Shown here: positions 11,440 through 25,440 of the stretch, one piece after another
Layout of the letters: each line of letters starts with the position of its first letter
Numbering within the stretch: position 1 is the stretch's first letter
DNA from: Octopus sinensis
Taxonomy: Eukaryota
DNA length: 64,000 nt
Direction: 5' to 3'
Assembly: GCF_006345805.1 (NCBI RefSeq)
Contig: NC_043004.1
Coordinates: 81,158,001 to 81,222,000, forward strand
The notes under the pieces: model-generated
What the model saw: the letters and a program-made list of their open reading frames with translations, nothing else
What the model was told of the DNA's origin: nothing
Database searches by the model: none
Position numbers and translations under genes: made by a program

Positions 11440-11486
<47 letters not shown>

Positions 11487-11689
11487 TTATGTGCGTGTCT
11501 AGAAAAGGAGAGAAACTGTTTTGCAATCGGAAATAGAACTTCAAAAAACAAAAAAAAAAACAATAGCTGGAAGTATCAAGTATCAAAATATATATTCACT
11601 CCACTTCAAAAGTAAATATATTTTTTCCTTTCGTTTGTAATTTCAATAGTGTGTACGTGAATGTTTGTCAGTGGATACGTTTGTTTGTT

Positions 11690-12455
11690 AAGGCAGCAAG
11701 CTGGCAGAGACGTTAGCGCGCCGGACGAAATGCTTAGCGGTATTTCGTCTGCCGCTACGTTCTGGGTTCAAATTCTGCCGAGGTCGACTTTGCCTTCCAT
11801 CCTTTCGGGGTCGATAAATTAAGTACCAGTTACGCACTGGGGTCGATGTAATCGACTTAATACCTATGTCTGTCCTTGTTTGTCCTCTCTGTATTTACCC
11901 CCTTGTGGGTAATAAAGAAATAGGTATTTCGTCTGCGTTACGTTCTGGGTTCAAATTCTGCCGAGGTCGACTTTGCCTTTCATCCTTTCGGGGTCGATAA
12001 ATTAAGTATCAGTTACGCACTGGGGTCGATGTAATCAACTTAATACCCATGTCTGTCCTTGTTTGTCCCCTCTGTGTTTAGCCCCTTGTGGGTAATAAAG
12101 AAATAGAAATAGGTATTTCGTCTGCCGCTACGTTCTGGGTTCAAATTCGGCTGAGGTCGACTTTGCCTTTCATCCTTTCGAGGTCGATTAAATAAGTACC
12201 AGTTACGCACTGGGGTTGATATAATCGACTTAATCCGTTTGTGTGTCCTTGTTTGTCCTCTCTGTGTTTAGCCACTTGTGGGTAGTAAAGAAATGCGTAT
12301 TCGTTTCTCTATATCTTCTGAGTTCAAATACCACAGAGGTCACCTTTGCCTTCCATCCTTTCAGGGTCGATAAATTAAGTACTAGTTGCGTACTATGGTC
12401 GATCTAACTGACTGGCGCCCTCCCGCAAGATTTCGGGCCTTGTGCCTAGAGCAGA
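11690..12455 (+). mobile_element. SINE-B head followed by three further head-truncated tandem units (about 183-189 bp)
   Basis: Units begin with GGTATTTCGTC at 11739, 11923 and 12112 (diverged at about 12295). Each carries GGTTCAAATTC..GAGGTCGACTTTGCCTTTCATCCTTTCGGGGTCGATAAATTAAGTACC. Confidence 0.88.
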
Positions 12456-14124
12456 ATAGAATTTGTTTGTTTCTATGTATGCCGAGGCTTTTATCTTTTT
12501 CCTTTTCTTTTCTTTTTTTGACAACAAGGAAGAAGATAAATAAAACCAAAGAATTAGTGTTAGCTTCAAAATTTGTTACAAGGCGTGCCACTACAGACGA
12601 GAGATTAAGTCGATCACATCGACCCCTGTGCGTAACTGGTACTTATTTAATCGATCCCGAAAGGATGAAATGTATAGTCAACCTCGGTGGAATTTGAACT
12701 CAGAACGTTAACACAGACGAATGAAATGCCGCTAACCATTTTCACCAGTGTGCTAACCATCCTTTCAACTATAGGTACAAGGCCTGAAATTTTTTGGGAG
12801 GTGATAAATCGATTACATCGACCCAGTGCGTAACTGGTACTTATTTAATCGACCCCGAAAGGATAAAAGGCAAAGTTGACTCCGGTGGGATTTGATCTCG
12901 GAACGTAAAGATCCGGACGCTATGTATTTTGTCCGGCGTGATACCCCTTCAAAATACGTTGATAATAAAATCTAATTGGTTAGTTTCTCTATTTCCTGCT
13001 TGGCTCTTTGTTTTTGTTGTTCCTCTTTTGTTTTGCTGTTTTTCCTGTTGTTGTTGTTGTTGTTGCTGCTGCTGATGCTGGTTTTACTTTTACTGCTGTC
13101 TTTGTTGTTGCCGTTTTTGTTGCTGTTGTTGTTGTTGTTATTGTTGTTATCGTTCCTATTTCTGTTGTCATTCTTCCTGTTTCTGTGCAATTTGAACCCA
13201 CAACGTAAAGACGAATGAAATGACGCTATTCTACAACATCGCCGCCTTAGACTACAAAATTAATATTTTATTCCTTTATAGCCCACAAGGAGCCAAACAT
13301 AGAGGGGACAAACAAGGACAGGCAAAGGGATTAAGCCGATTACATCGATCCCGGTGCGTAACAGGTACTTTTTTCTACTCTAGGCACAAGGCTACAAAAT
13401 TAATATTATAAATCTATATAAGATGGCGAGTTGGCTGAATTGTGAATACTCTGCCAGACAAAACGCTTAGCGACATTTCATCCGGCTTTGCATTCTGAGT
13501 TCAAGTTCCGTCGAGGTGGACGTCGCCTTTCATTATTTATTTCTTTTAGGCTGGTGCTTACACGAACGGGCTCTTTTGCCGAGTTTGTATCACATGGGAA
13601 CGTAAACATACCAACATCGGTTGCCAAGCGGTGGGGGTTGGACAAGGAAATACACATATGCTTAGAGAGAGAGTGTGTGTGAGGGTTAGATAATATACAT
13701 ATATACACACGACGGGCTTCTTTCTGTTTCTGTCTACAAAATCCAGTCACAAAGCTATACTAGAAGACACTTGCCCGAGGTGCTCCAGCTTGGCCGTAGT
13801 CAAATGCCTGAAACAATTAAAAGAGCAAAAGAATAAAAGAATCGTTATTGATGATGACATAAAAACAAATTAGAAACACCTTTAATTCGAGCAGCGCATA
13901 TTTAGGGAAAGTAATTTTCAAGGCATTTACGGACTGTCGTATTTAGAACAATTCTGCATGTGGGCTCCGTGAGATTTTCGGAACATATTAAGAACAACAT
14001 GAACAACAACAACAACAACAAAAGCGTATTAATGCCATCAAATATGGTTAGTAAATGGAAGAATGGTCACCTCTGGAATACCCTTAATTATAATTTGGGC
14101 CTTGTTGGAGGCCCAACTTTTCAA

Positions 14125-14240
14125 GTACTTTTACAGGGTTTAGAGAAACTGAAGGACCGCTGCAATAAGTGTGTGAATCTGAGAGGGGAATATGTGGAAT
14201 AAAATCATAATTTAACTGAGCCTCCTGTATTTTCTTTTAT
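14125..14240 (+). mobile_element. Mariner transposase C-terminal remnant
   Basis: QGLEKLKDRCNKCVNLRGEYVE* matches the mariner GIxKLxxRWxKCxxxxGxYxE terminus, followed by (TA)n. Confidence 0.68.
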
Positions 14241-14752
14241 CCGTATATATATATATATATATATACACACACATATGTATGTGTGTATGTATGTATATAT
14301 GTATGTATGTATATATAAACAGATGAGTGGTGCAACAAAGCACCAATATTTACTGGAAAATAGCATTCGATACAAATACGACGCTGTTGTAAAGCTTCAC
14401 TGCTAAAGACGTGTGTGTGTGCAACAAACATGAAAAACTTGTCTTACCACTAGGAAGAACATTCGATAAATGGACAACCCAGAATCGGATAATGCAGGAC
14501 TGGTTTCTGACTCTTCAAATACGTTTGACAACGTAAATTTGATCAGTCTTCATCAGCTGCATTTACCTCGACAAAATTTCAAATACTGCTACATCAATAC
14601 CAGTATACTCGCCTGAACGCCTAGCCGTAAACAGGACGAGAACAGTGAAAAAGTTTTCAATGAAAAATAATATCGCAATACAAATGTATTACTTTCTAGT
14701 AAAATAAAGCCCCATGAGGGTAGAAGTTTATATATATGAAAACAGATGAGTG

Positions 14753-14839
<87 letters not shown>

Positions 14840-14908
14840 AAGAATTTTTTGCGTAATAAGATAAATAAACAAAAGCTGTATAGATATTAGAGCATTTATA
14901 GTTAGAAG

Positions 14909-14960
14909 GTCCTACAGCTGTTTCTAGGATATTAATTAATAATATCCCTTCATCGGAGAC
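14909..14960 (-). ncRNA. Minimal hammerhead motif, degenerate (U4>C)
   Basis: GTCT-CCGATGA-A-GGGATATTA-TTAAT-TAATATCCT-A-GAA-ACAGCTGT-A-GGAC. It has a 9-bp stem II and a palindromic stem III (ACAGCTGT). Confidence 0.6.
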
Positions 14961-15226
14961 GGTGTGAGAGGAAAAATTAACTATGGTCTGTCTATAGCAC
15001 TAATGACACCATTATCTCTTATATATATATATATATATATGTGTGTGTATATATATATATATATATATAATTGGTTTTCGGTTCTCTGCACATAGAAAAA
15101 GGAAAACGAGTTTGCTACTGGTGGACCACCTTTTGATCACATTTCTGCCCTATCAAGCTCGACTTCGAGCTTAAAACAAAAACACACACCAATAATGAGT
15201 GATGGAACATGAAAGGGTGGAAGGCA

Positions 15227-16140
15227 ATCATCATCATCATCATCATTGTTCGACCGTGGTCGAGACAATGGAATTTACCATGCTACGCCAGACTTCACGG
15301 TCCATCATTGCATTACGGAGGTCCTGTTGCTGGATGCCTGTATCCCTGGAGATTACATCAGGGTAGGAGAGTGTGCGTCCTCTGGCATTGCGAGTAGGTG
15401 ACTTCCAGAGGAGGAGAGTAGAAATTACCTCTTTTTCAGCTCTACAACAATGTCCAGCAAACTGGACTCTCCTACCTTTCACAAGAGATGACGCAGGTGG
15501 TAGTTTCCCATATATTTGCATTTTGGTTGGATGGCGCTTCCACGAGAGATTTTGAGCTCTCATAAGGAGGCGAGTGTAGGTTCCATCCAACCGCCTCTCA
15601 AGCTTCTTTGATAACGTCTAGGTTTCTGAGCCATATAGTAGAATTGGTTCGACTGTGGCTTTGAAGATTTCAAGTTTGAAGTCTCTTCTTAGATTTGATG
15701 ACCAGATCTTATGCATGTCATTACAGGCTGACCAGACCATACCCTTTCTAGTTAGAAAATCTTTTCCAGATGATGATATGTATGACCCAAGATATTTGTA
15801 ATCAGAAACCATATTTAAGAGTTGAGAGTATGGATGATGCAATCACTGTTGGACAGGCACTTGTTTATATATTCAGTCTTGGCCTCATTGAGATAAAGAC
15901 CTACACAATTTGAGGCTTGTTCGAGAGATTGTAAAAGAGACTGGGCATTGGAGAGAATCACTTATAAGAGCGATGTCGTCAGCGAAGTCAGTGTCTGTCA
16001 AGTATTCAGCTGAGTGTCTGGAAATTCTTGGTTTTATTTCAAAGCCCTTGCCAGAGATGGTATCAACTGACATACGTAGCACATAGTCAATGACAATGAT
16101 GAAAAGAAATGGGGCGAGCGTGTCTCCCCGCAAGTACCTC
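15227..16140 (-). mobile_element. RTE-clade LINE, 5'-truncated, frameshifted ORF2 with (TGA)n tail
   Basis: RT motifs GDTLAPFLFIIVIDYVLR, DTDFADDIAL, YKYLGS and ILLYGSET are present. The C-terminus ..MMDREVWRSMV..* is followed by (TGA)n. Confidence 0.88.
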
Positions 16141-16734
16141 CAGCAAGTGGAAGGCAAAATGGACGCGGTGATTCTTGAACTCAGAACGTTAAGATATGTA
16201 ACTAGCTAAATTTTTAAATCTTTTAAAACACACGCGAGATATTTTATCCTGAGCTCTACGGAATCATTTAACCGGATATCATGCTACAACAAAACAAGAA
16301 TAACAGGACATGTCTACTAAGAGATATGACCATCCCCTCAGACAACAATGTTGTTATCTGAAAACACTGTTTTATAAAGGCAACCATAATGGCGGAAGTC
16401 ATAGATACACTTGAGTTCATATAATGACCAATAGGGAAAATCTGAGTCAAAAAGAGGCTGCATGTTGCTTAGATCTATTAGCATTATCAGTGAAAATCTT
16501 CTTTGAATTACATCTTACGTGCTTAAATAAAGGTCACTCTTTATCAAGTAGTTCTATATTCTTCCTATTAATATGGGTTGATGGTGGCTGGCTTGATTTG
16601 AGGCTAAACACAAACAACGAAAACATCAACAATAGCTTTGACAATTAGACAAAAGAACAAAAATAAAAATGAAAATAAACTTTTTACATTCGTTCGATGT
16701 GCTATGACGTATTAGTACCATCTTGATGTAGTCT

Positions 16735-17175
16735 CAGCTTCGCTGGGCAGGGCTCGTAGCTCGCTTGTCAGACGATCGACTAACAAAAAGATTGCTCTTT
16801 GGCGAGCTGCAAAAAGGAATGCACTCACAAGGCGGCCAGAAGAAGCGATTTAAGGACACCCTGAAAGCCTCACTGAAAGCCTTCAACATCGACCATGACA
16901 CTTGGAAGCAGTCTGCTCTAGACAGAGAAGGGTGGCGATCAGCTGTCCACAAGAGTGCCAACACATACGAGAATAATAGGATCGCTGCTGCAGAAGACCG
17001 CAGACAAGCCAGGAAGAACAGAGCTAATAACCCTGTAGCAGGCACTACCATTCCCTGTCCACGCTGTCAAAAACTCTTTCGGGCGCAGATTGGCCTCACT
17101 AGCCATCTGCGGACTCACAAAACAAGCCCATCCCCACCCTAGGATGACTAGCTGGTCGACGGACAAACTACACAT
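16735..17175 (+). mobile_element. RTE (BovB-like) LINE 3' end with C2H2 zinc finger
   Basis: QLRWAG.V.R.SDDRLTKRLLFGEL..QGGQKKRFKDTLKASLK..DREGWR..CPRCQKLFRAQIGLTSHLRTH. Confidence 0.88.
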
Positions 17176-18059
17176 ATTCTATGAAAATCAACCACATCTT
17201 TTTCAGATAATACACTGATTCAAATTTCATGAGGTAAGATGTCGCGTACGTTCAGAATGCATCTAGTCCTTGAAGCCTAAGACAAAAATTATAATGTGAT
17301 GATAACAGTTTGAGTACGTTTGATCACAGTTTGTTCTTAACCAAGGCTGGCCTAGGGATAAACAACCAAAGTTACAACAATGGACGCAGTTTCAAACTTT
17401 AAAATGACCAATAGATGGTCTTTATTAATTTTATACACATCCTTTCTAAAATATTTCCTAAACTAAGGTAACTTAGTTACTTAGACACTTGATTATTAAG
17501 AAAGGTTTTGGCTTGTGTTGACCCAGGCTATGACAAAATTAACAGCACCACCTAAAGACGTTTAGCCATGTTTCAATATAGTCATACTTTGGTCGCCAAA
17601 GGCCATTCGAGTAAAGATTTATTGCTTAAAGGTTATAAGTGTCTTATTTGGAATTTCTTTAAAATCCGTTTGAATGTTATGGAATCTTTTTCTCCTATTT
17701 ATTATGGCGTAATGTTAAAAAGAGCATGGTCATTTGAGGTGAAATAGTTGTCTTGGAGTTGTGTTGTGACAGGAGTTCGATTTTGGCAGATGACAGATGG
17801 CTCGGCGAATAAGTCTTTTGTGAATTAGAACTGAAACTAGATTATTTTTAGCAGCACCAGAGATTATTATTTCTAAAGCATTTGTAATAGATTTTAAATT
17901 TAAAAGAGTACCACATCTAGTATTTAAAGGAATAATAAACCTGGTCTTTACAAAAAGTAACAGATCTTGCAGATAAAGGAGTAACATACCAGGTCTTTAA
18001 AGAAATCTTTTCTACTCTAGGCACAATGCACAAAATTCTTGGTGGGTGGGCAGGAGGCC

Positions 18060-18412
18060 AGTCGATTAGATCGACCCCAGTACGTGACTGGTGCCTAATT
18101 TAGCGACCTCGAAAGGATGAAATGCAAAGTCGACCTCGGCGGAATTTGAACTCAGAACGTAAAAACAGACGAAATACCTATTTCTTTATTACCCACAAGG
18201 GGCTAAACACAGAGAAGACAAACAAGGACAGACAAACGGATTAAGTCGATTATATCGACCCCAGGGCGTAACTGGTACTTAATTTATCGACCCTGAAAGG
18301 ATGAAAGGCAAAGTCGAATTCGACGGAATTTGAACTCAGAACATAACGGCAGACGAAATAGGACTCCGGATGTCACCCGGCGTGCTAACGATTCTGCCAG
18401 CTCACTGCCTTA
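18060..18412 (-). mobile_element. SINE-B dimer
   Basis: Head near 18412. The junction GACGAAATACCTATTTCTTTATTACCCACAAG at 18168 is the same as in the 11.7-kb array. Confidence 0.85.
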
Positions 18413-18765
18413 TGGTCTTTAGAGGAATGGCAAATCTAATGCTTGTAAAGATGTGTGGCTTAGTGGTAAGAGTGCTGGGCCCACGATCGAATGATTCCTA
18501 ACTCGGGCAGCGTATTGTATCCATAACTAAGAGTTTAGTTTACTCGGATGAAAATGAGTAGGAAACCTAATACTAGTTCAGATATCACTCTCTACAGCTG
18601 TCACATCTTTGGGTTTCCGTTACGTAAATTGCGGGAAGGGTCAAGAAGTTGTCGATATCTGCTTGTGACTAAAACGAACAGCTGAAGAATGTTATATGCT
18701 AAACCAGTGGTTCCAAACCTTTAAATGAGTTTTCCCACGGGTCCCATTTAATATACTTATCCTTA

Positions 18766-18809
<44 letters not shown>

Positions 18810-18826
18810 ATATATAGATACATACA

Positions 18827-18874
<48 letters not shown>

Positions 18875-19289
18875 GATATATATATATATATATCGGACCC
18901 AGTACTACCCTTGCAGATCACCTGGAGTTCACAGTGTTATAGAATTTGATTTTCCTCAGTCACATAGTAAATTCTGCAATTCCCACATTCTGTCAATTTC
19001 AACAGTTACATTGGTTTAAAATCATGGCAAAAAGCCAGAAAGTTTGGAGGAATGGGGTAAGTTGATCAACAGTTACTTACGTTATCGACCCAGAAAAGGA
19101 TGAAAGGTAAAATCGACTTCGACGGAATTTGAACTCAAAGCGGACGAAAATATCGCTAAGCATTTGCCCGGTGTGCTAACGATTCTGCCAGCTGACCGAC
19201 TTAATTTCAACATTTTATGTCAGTGAGTAAAATACTACCCTTCATATGGCGGATAACTTTGAAAGTATATTTTCGCTACAATGGACAAT

Positions 19290-19605
19290 ATAACCAAATA
19301 TGGCACAAATACGAGTAAAACCGATTATATTTTTTCTTTTTGCAATATGCCAAGATTGCAGGATATTTCTAAAGTGTCCCAGTGTTTCTTCAGGTTCGGT
19401 GGTATTGAACCTAATGCTACAATGACAACAGGATCAATACTTATTTTTGACTCTCGCAGCCGCCACATATTAACGACCTCAGTCTCCATATTTGTCGAAC
19501 TTTGTCTTCCTTTCATGGCGTTGTGTTGATTTCCTGGAACACCTACTTCAATTATTAGGGCCTCTTGCTTATCCCTCTTATAGGCTACTATATTCGGCTT
19601 TAGAA

Positions 19606-19607
<2 letters not shown>
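19290..19607 (-). pseudogene. R4/Dong-like non-LTR retrotransposon restriction-like endonuclease fragment
   Basis: KPNIVAYKRDKQEALIIEVGVPG..VVNMWRLRESKISIDPVVIVALGSIPPNLKKHW..LGILQK resembles RPDIV..IDVxVP..MW..PxVxGALG..LQK. It abuts (TTA)n at 19608-19668. Confidence 0.68.
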
Positions 19608-19669
<62 letters not shown>

Positions 19670-19894
19670 ACGGCGGTGAGCTGGCAGAATCGTTAGTACA
19701 TGGGGTTAAATGCTTAGCGGCATTTTGTCTGTCATTACGTTCTGAGTTCAAACTCCACCGAGGTCGACTTCGCCTTTCATAATTTTGGAGTCGATTAAAT
19801 TAGTACCAGTTACGCACTGGGGTCCATGTAACCGACTTACCTCTCACCGCAAATGTGTGCCTATAAGAAAAAATATTATGATTATTATTATTAT

Positions 19895-20435
19895 TGAGTG
19901 AGAGAGCAGTGCATGCCATCAAAGTTACACTGGGGTAAAATATATGAGGCCCAGTATACCCACCATGACTACCCGTCTGATAAGGGTACACTAGGCACAT
20001 GCATCACAACCATATGTGCGCGACATGGTGATCTCATATCAAGATAAACAGCGCATGACCTTGCAGGTGGGGCCCAGCTAGAATTTTCTTCTGGTCAAGT
20101 AGCCTATCTCGCTGAAAAGGTCCCTGAATAAGGATTGTTTAAGGATGTTGAACGAAACACCCATGTTTCCAGAGATGAATTATTCAAACCCCAAAGAATC
20201 CCTTTCAACACATGGGTATGATGCTCCCCCACTACTTCTGCTCGCGGTCAGAGATGCACATATCATCAGCCACTAAAGGACTTGGTCAACTGACAAGCAA
20301 ATCTGTGGTATTGAGCAGAATATTTGCTGTAGCCCATCTTTTATACCAAGACACAACAATGTACATGATAACACTTCCAATCAGTTAAGATCAGAAGCCA
20401 AGAGAGACACTGTTTGGTATTGCATCAGCGTATTT
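19895..20435 (-). mobile_element. About 540-bp non-coding element flanked on both sides by (TTA)n
   Basis: It starts GAGTGAGAGAGCAGTGCATGCC directly after (TTA)n and ends before (TTA/TTG)n. It is closely similar to 21383-21822. Strand is inferred from which end is invariant. Confidence 0.78.
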
Positions 20436-20595
20436 GTTATTATTATTATTATTATTATTGTTGTTGTTGTTGTTGTTGTTATTATTATTATTAAAGAAGA
20501 AGGAAGTACGTATTGGATACTGTAGCCTAAGATTAACTATGTCTTCGAGACAACAGCAAAACAACAGCGGCAGAAGTAAACAAGCTCCACATACT

Positions 20596-20638
<43 letters not shown>

Positions 20639-21228
20639 AGTTGACAAAGAGTCGAGTAAACAAACAAACATTCAAACCATTTCATCTACTTACATCATAT
20701 CTAGATATTTCTCATCAAACCAGAAAACATCCCCACCTTCTCTCTCTCTCTCTGTTTCTAATGGCCGCCATATTGTTTCCCTCTAAGTATCAATTGTCGT
20801 CATAGGTCACTCTTGTATAAACCGTATCAAGGTGTCATTGATAGCGTTCAGCACATTACTTCCTCCACATAGGCAGATGTTTTTGCTCAAAAACGATTTA
20901 AGCTTTCGGCCAGGCCCATTGGTCCCTTTTTACTGATGGCTGGCTCTAAGTAGTCACGAACTCAAAATAGGATATGCATATCTAGAATGTCCGGACTCAT
21001 CTCTTCCTGTTGATATGTTGCTGCATATCTGATCTGTTGTTGTGGTTATTCTATAATTTCTGTTTATATATCCTTTGCAATATAGCCTTTAATGCTGTAC
21101 TGTTTCCCAGTGATCGATCTAAAGCCCACTTGTTCTGTGAGTCGTATCTTATCCTATGATATTGTCCTTCATGTCTTGGACCTTGTGGCCAATAAAAAAT
21201 CCTCTTCATCATCATCATCATTGTTATC

Positions 21229-21299
<71 letters not shown>

Positions 21300-21322
21300 G
21301 ATAACAATGACGATGATGAGGA

Positions 21323-21382
<60 letters not shown>

Positions 21383-21383
<1 letters not shown>

Positions 21384-21822
21384 TGAGTGAGAGAGCAGTG
21401 CATATCCTCAAAGTGATACTGGGGTAAAATATACGAAGCCCAGTATACCCTTCATGACTACCCGTCTAATAAGGGTACCCCACACACATGCATCACAACC
21501 ATATGTGCGCGACATGGTGATCTCATATCAAGATAAACAGCGCATGACCTTGCAGGTGGGGCCCAGTTAGAATTATCTTCTGGTCCAGTAGCCTATCCCG
21601 CTCAAAAGGTCCCTGAATAAAGATTGTTTAAGGATGTTGAACGAACCGCCCATGTTTCCAAAGGTGAATTATCCAAACCTCTAAGAATTCCTGTCAACAC
21701 ACGGCTATGATGCTCCCCTACTACTTCTGCTCGTGGTCGGAGATGCACATATCGTCAGCCACTACAGGACATGCTCAACTGGTTAAGGTCAAACAACTGA
21801 CAAGAAAATCTGTGGTATTGAT
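21383..21822 (-). mobile_element. Second, shorter copy of the (TTA)n-flanked element
   Basis: It has the same left end after (TTA)n and is truncated on the right where mariner sequence begins. Confidence 0.78.
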
Positions 21823-21829
21823 CATAATC

Positions 21830-22300
21830 CTGTTCGGGACGATGGTCGACATCCCGAACGAATGAAAACAATAAAAATTCATGAACTGAGCTTGGTGAAC
21901 TGTTACCACACAATTGACGAACTTGTTGATATGACTGGTGTGTCCTGGAGATCCTGCCAATGAATTTTGAGGGAGGAATTGCTAATTAAAAACGTTGCAG
22001 CAAAATTTGTGCCTCGCTTACTCACAGAAGATCAAAAGCAGTCACGACTGAATGCGCATCGTGAACTGAAAGAACAGTTAGTTGGAAGTTGATCCGGAGC
22101 TTTTCGAAGGTCATTACTGGTGACGAAATTTGCTACGGAATTTGCAGATGTGGAAGAGGTGAAGGAAAAAAAAAAGTACGGAGGCGTTAAAAGGCATCAC
22201 TTCGCAAGATTTCCAGCACTGCTTCCAACTGAGGAAAACGCGCCTGAACCTATGCGTTGCTTCAAATGGAGAATACTTTGAAAGCGATGAAAGTGTAAAC
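21830..22300 (+). mobile_element. Internally deleted mariner transposase remnant
   Basis: ..TIDELVDMTGVSWRSCQ*ILREEL..VAAKFVPRLLTEDQKQSRL..KVITGDE is joined to C-terminal FADVEEVK..EALKGITSQDFQHCFQ..CVASNGEYFE. Most of the catalytic domain is missing. Confidence 0.82.
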
Positions 22301-22492
22301 ATGTAATATTCTGGTGTGTCTGGGGAGAGTCAGTCTCTTTTAGTGTCTTGTAATTTACCACACTCACCGTTGGTATTTCCACTTATTTATTTTTTATTTT
22401 TCTAATTTTTTTTTTGCGTCTTGCAATCTTTTCAATAGTTTTGAGAGTTAAAACTATTGAAAAGGTTGCAAAAGAATATATATATTATTCCA

Positions 22493-22570
<78 letters not shown>

Positions 22571-22610
22571 ATCCATATATATATATATATATATAATATA
22601 TATATATTCC

Positions 22611-22664
<54 letters not shown>

Positions 22665-23309
22665 AGTATATGTATTCGCATACATGTATGTGTACACTCA
22701 CTTATATGTGTGTGTGTATATATACACACATACACACACATACATACACACAGACATGCATGCACACACACACATACATACATATATGCATACATACATA
22801 CATGCATACATACATACATACATGCATACATACATGCATACATACATACATACATACATACATACATACATACATACATACATACATACACATGATGGAA
22901 GATGGTGCGTGGCCTAGTAAGAGCATTTCATAAACCCCTAACCGTAGTTGATTACATTTAGGTTAGCGATTATATACTCCCATAGTATCGGGCCTGTGTG
23001 CTTCGCGGCGCATTTTGTACGTCCGTGTACAGTTCGGAAAGTCCAAAGACGTTTCCTGTGCGTGACTTGTTTTAAGTGGATAAAACTTTTCCCAGATCTA
23101 AACATACTTTTCATCGCAAGGAGATATAGGAACAAAGGCTGAGACAACCAGAAACCAATTGTAATTCAAAGTTTATACACGACATATTTATATATTATTT
23201 ATAATATATACTGAATGGAAAGACCTGAATGATTGCAGAATAAGACTGGATATATAAACTTTTGTTCTCAGTATTAATTTATTATATATACTTTATATAT
23301 ATATATATA

Positions 23310-23445
23310 AATTATAAATTAGGGTATCTACGAGATACCACCATGCTCTGACTCTAAAACCACCTTAATTAAGGTGGTTTTAGAGTCAGATCATGGCTGC
23401 TATTTTCAGCATGGTGATATCTCGTAGATACTCTAATTTATAATT
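23310..23445. repeat. Head-to-head palindrome centred on TTAATTAA
   Basis: A perfect 44-bp palindrome at 23347-23390 lies within 38-bp outer arms (23310-23347 / 23408-23445) with 2 mismatches. Confidence 0.92.
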
Positions 23446-23547
23446 TTACTTATTATTACCTTTGAAGCTTATTTTTTTCCATGCTGACCACATGATAAAA
23501 TCGTTGTTTTATTTTTGAATTAATGATCTTATCCTTATTTATATCAT

Positions 23548-23731
<184 letters not shown>

Positions 23732-24399
23732 ATATATATAAATGCACATAATACATTGATAGAAAGATTGATAGATAGATATACATGCATGCCTTCTTCT
23801 TCTTCTTCTTCTTATTATTATTATTATTATTACTATTTAAAATAGTTTGATTCGGTCCCATAAATCTGTTTAGAATAATAATATACGGAACTCCAAATAA
23901 ATATGTTCAGTGTCTTTCAATTCGTCCACTCACACGTATTCATGTATGTATGTATGTATGTATGTATGTAGGTAGGTAGGTAGGTAGGTAGGTAGGTAGG
24001 TAGGTATATGTATGTATAGATGTATGTCGACACACACACACACACATACACAGGCACGGGGATAGAAGAGAGAGTCGCATGACCTTGTGGAGAGCGTAGA
24101 TCGTAGGTTCAATCACCGAACGGTTGATGTATTGTGTTCTTAAGCAAAACACTTCACTTTCCGTTGCTCTGCGATTGCTTCGACATTTGACGTGTAACAC
24201 ACTTGAGCCCCTGTACAGGCAAATGTCGATATGATGGACTGAGTAAGCTCATGTACAACGAAACACTGATCACTATAAAGAAAATGGCGCCCGAAAAAGT
24301 CGCGCTATGTATTTTGCCCGGCGTGCTAACAATTCTGTCATCGCGGCACCTTAGTAGCAGAGATAATTCTTTCTGCTATGGACAGAGGGCTTGAAATCT

Positions 24400-25055
24400 T
24401 GGTGGAGGACGCTGATCGGTGACATCAACCCCAGTGCTAAATTAGCGGTTAATTTACCGAATCTGAGAAGATGAAAGGCAAAGTAGACCTCGGCGGAATT
24501 TGAACTTAGAACGTAAAGACGGACGAAATACCTGTTTCTTTACTACCCACAAGAGGCTAAACACAGAGGACAATCAAGGACAGACAAACGATTAAGTCGA
24601 TTATATCGACCCCAGTGCTTAACTAATACTTATTTAATCGACCCCGAAAGGATGAAAGGCAAAGTCGACCTCGGTGGAATTTGAACTCAGAACGTAGCGG
24701 CTGACAAAATACCTACTTCTTTACTACCCACAAGGGGCTAAACGCAAAGAGGACAAACAAAGATAGACAAACGATTAAATCGATTATATCGGCCCCAGTG
24801 CGTAACTGGTACTTATTTAATCGACTCCGAAAGAATGAAAGGCAAAGTCGACCTCGAGGGAATTCGAACTCAGAACGTAGCGGCTGACGAAATACCTATT
24901 TCTTTACTACCCACAAGGGGGCTAAACACAGAGACTACTTGAATAATTTTAATATTGTTATTTTTGGTGTACTTGTTTTAAATAGTTTGATTGTCATTAA
25001 GCATTCCGACAAGCATTTTGTCTGGCATGCTAACGATTCTGCCAGTTCGCCGCTA
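24400..25055 (-). mobile_element. SINE-B multimer (3 complete units plus an interrupted head)
   Basis: Junctions at 24522, 24703 and 24886 give a period of 181-183 bp. Confidence 0.85.
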
Positions 25056-25219
25056 TTAAAAAAAGAAATACATACATATATATAATATATAAAATGAAAA
25101 TTAGACAGTCAGAAGTTAATCAAGAATGATCTGGATTCAAACAACAAAATTTGAATAATTAATACTAATTGATAAAGCCACGACCAACATCATCATCACC
25201 ATTATCATCATCATCATCG

Positions 25220-25287
<68 letters not shown>

Positions 25288-25440
25288 CACAACAAGAGCG
25301 GAAGCAACATTAACAAAAACAACACAAACAACAAGAACAAAGCTGTTAGAAAAACCGAAAAACCCAATTGCGAAAACAATAGTGAAGGTGGCGGTGATGG
25401 TGGTGGGCAGCAGCAGCAGCAGTAGCAGCAGCAGCAGCAG

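Noticed and set aside
20800-21160. Possible further R4/Dong ORF fragment on the minus strand
   Set aside because: The motifs are too degraded to assign by eye and need tBLASTx.
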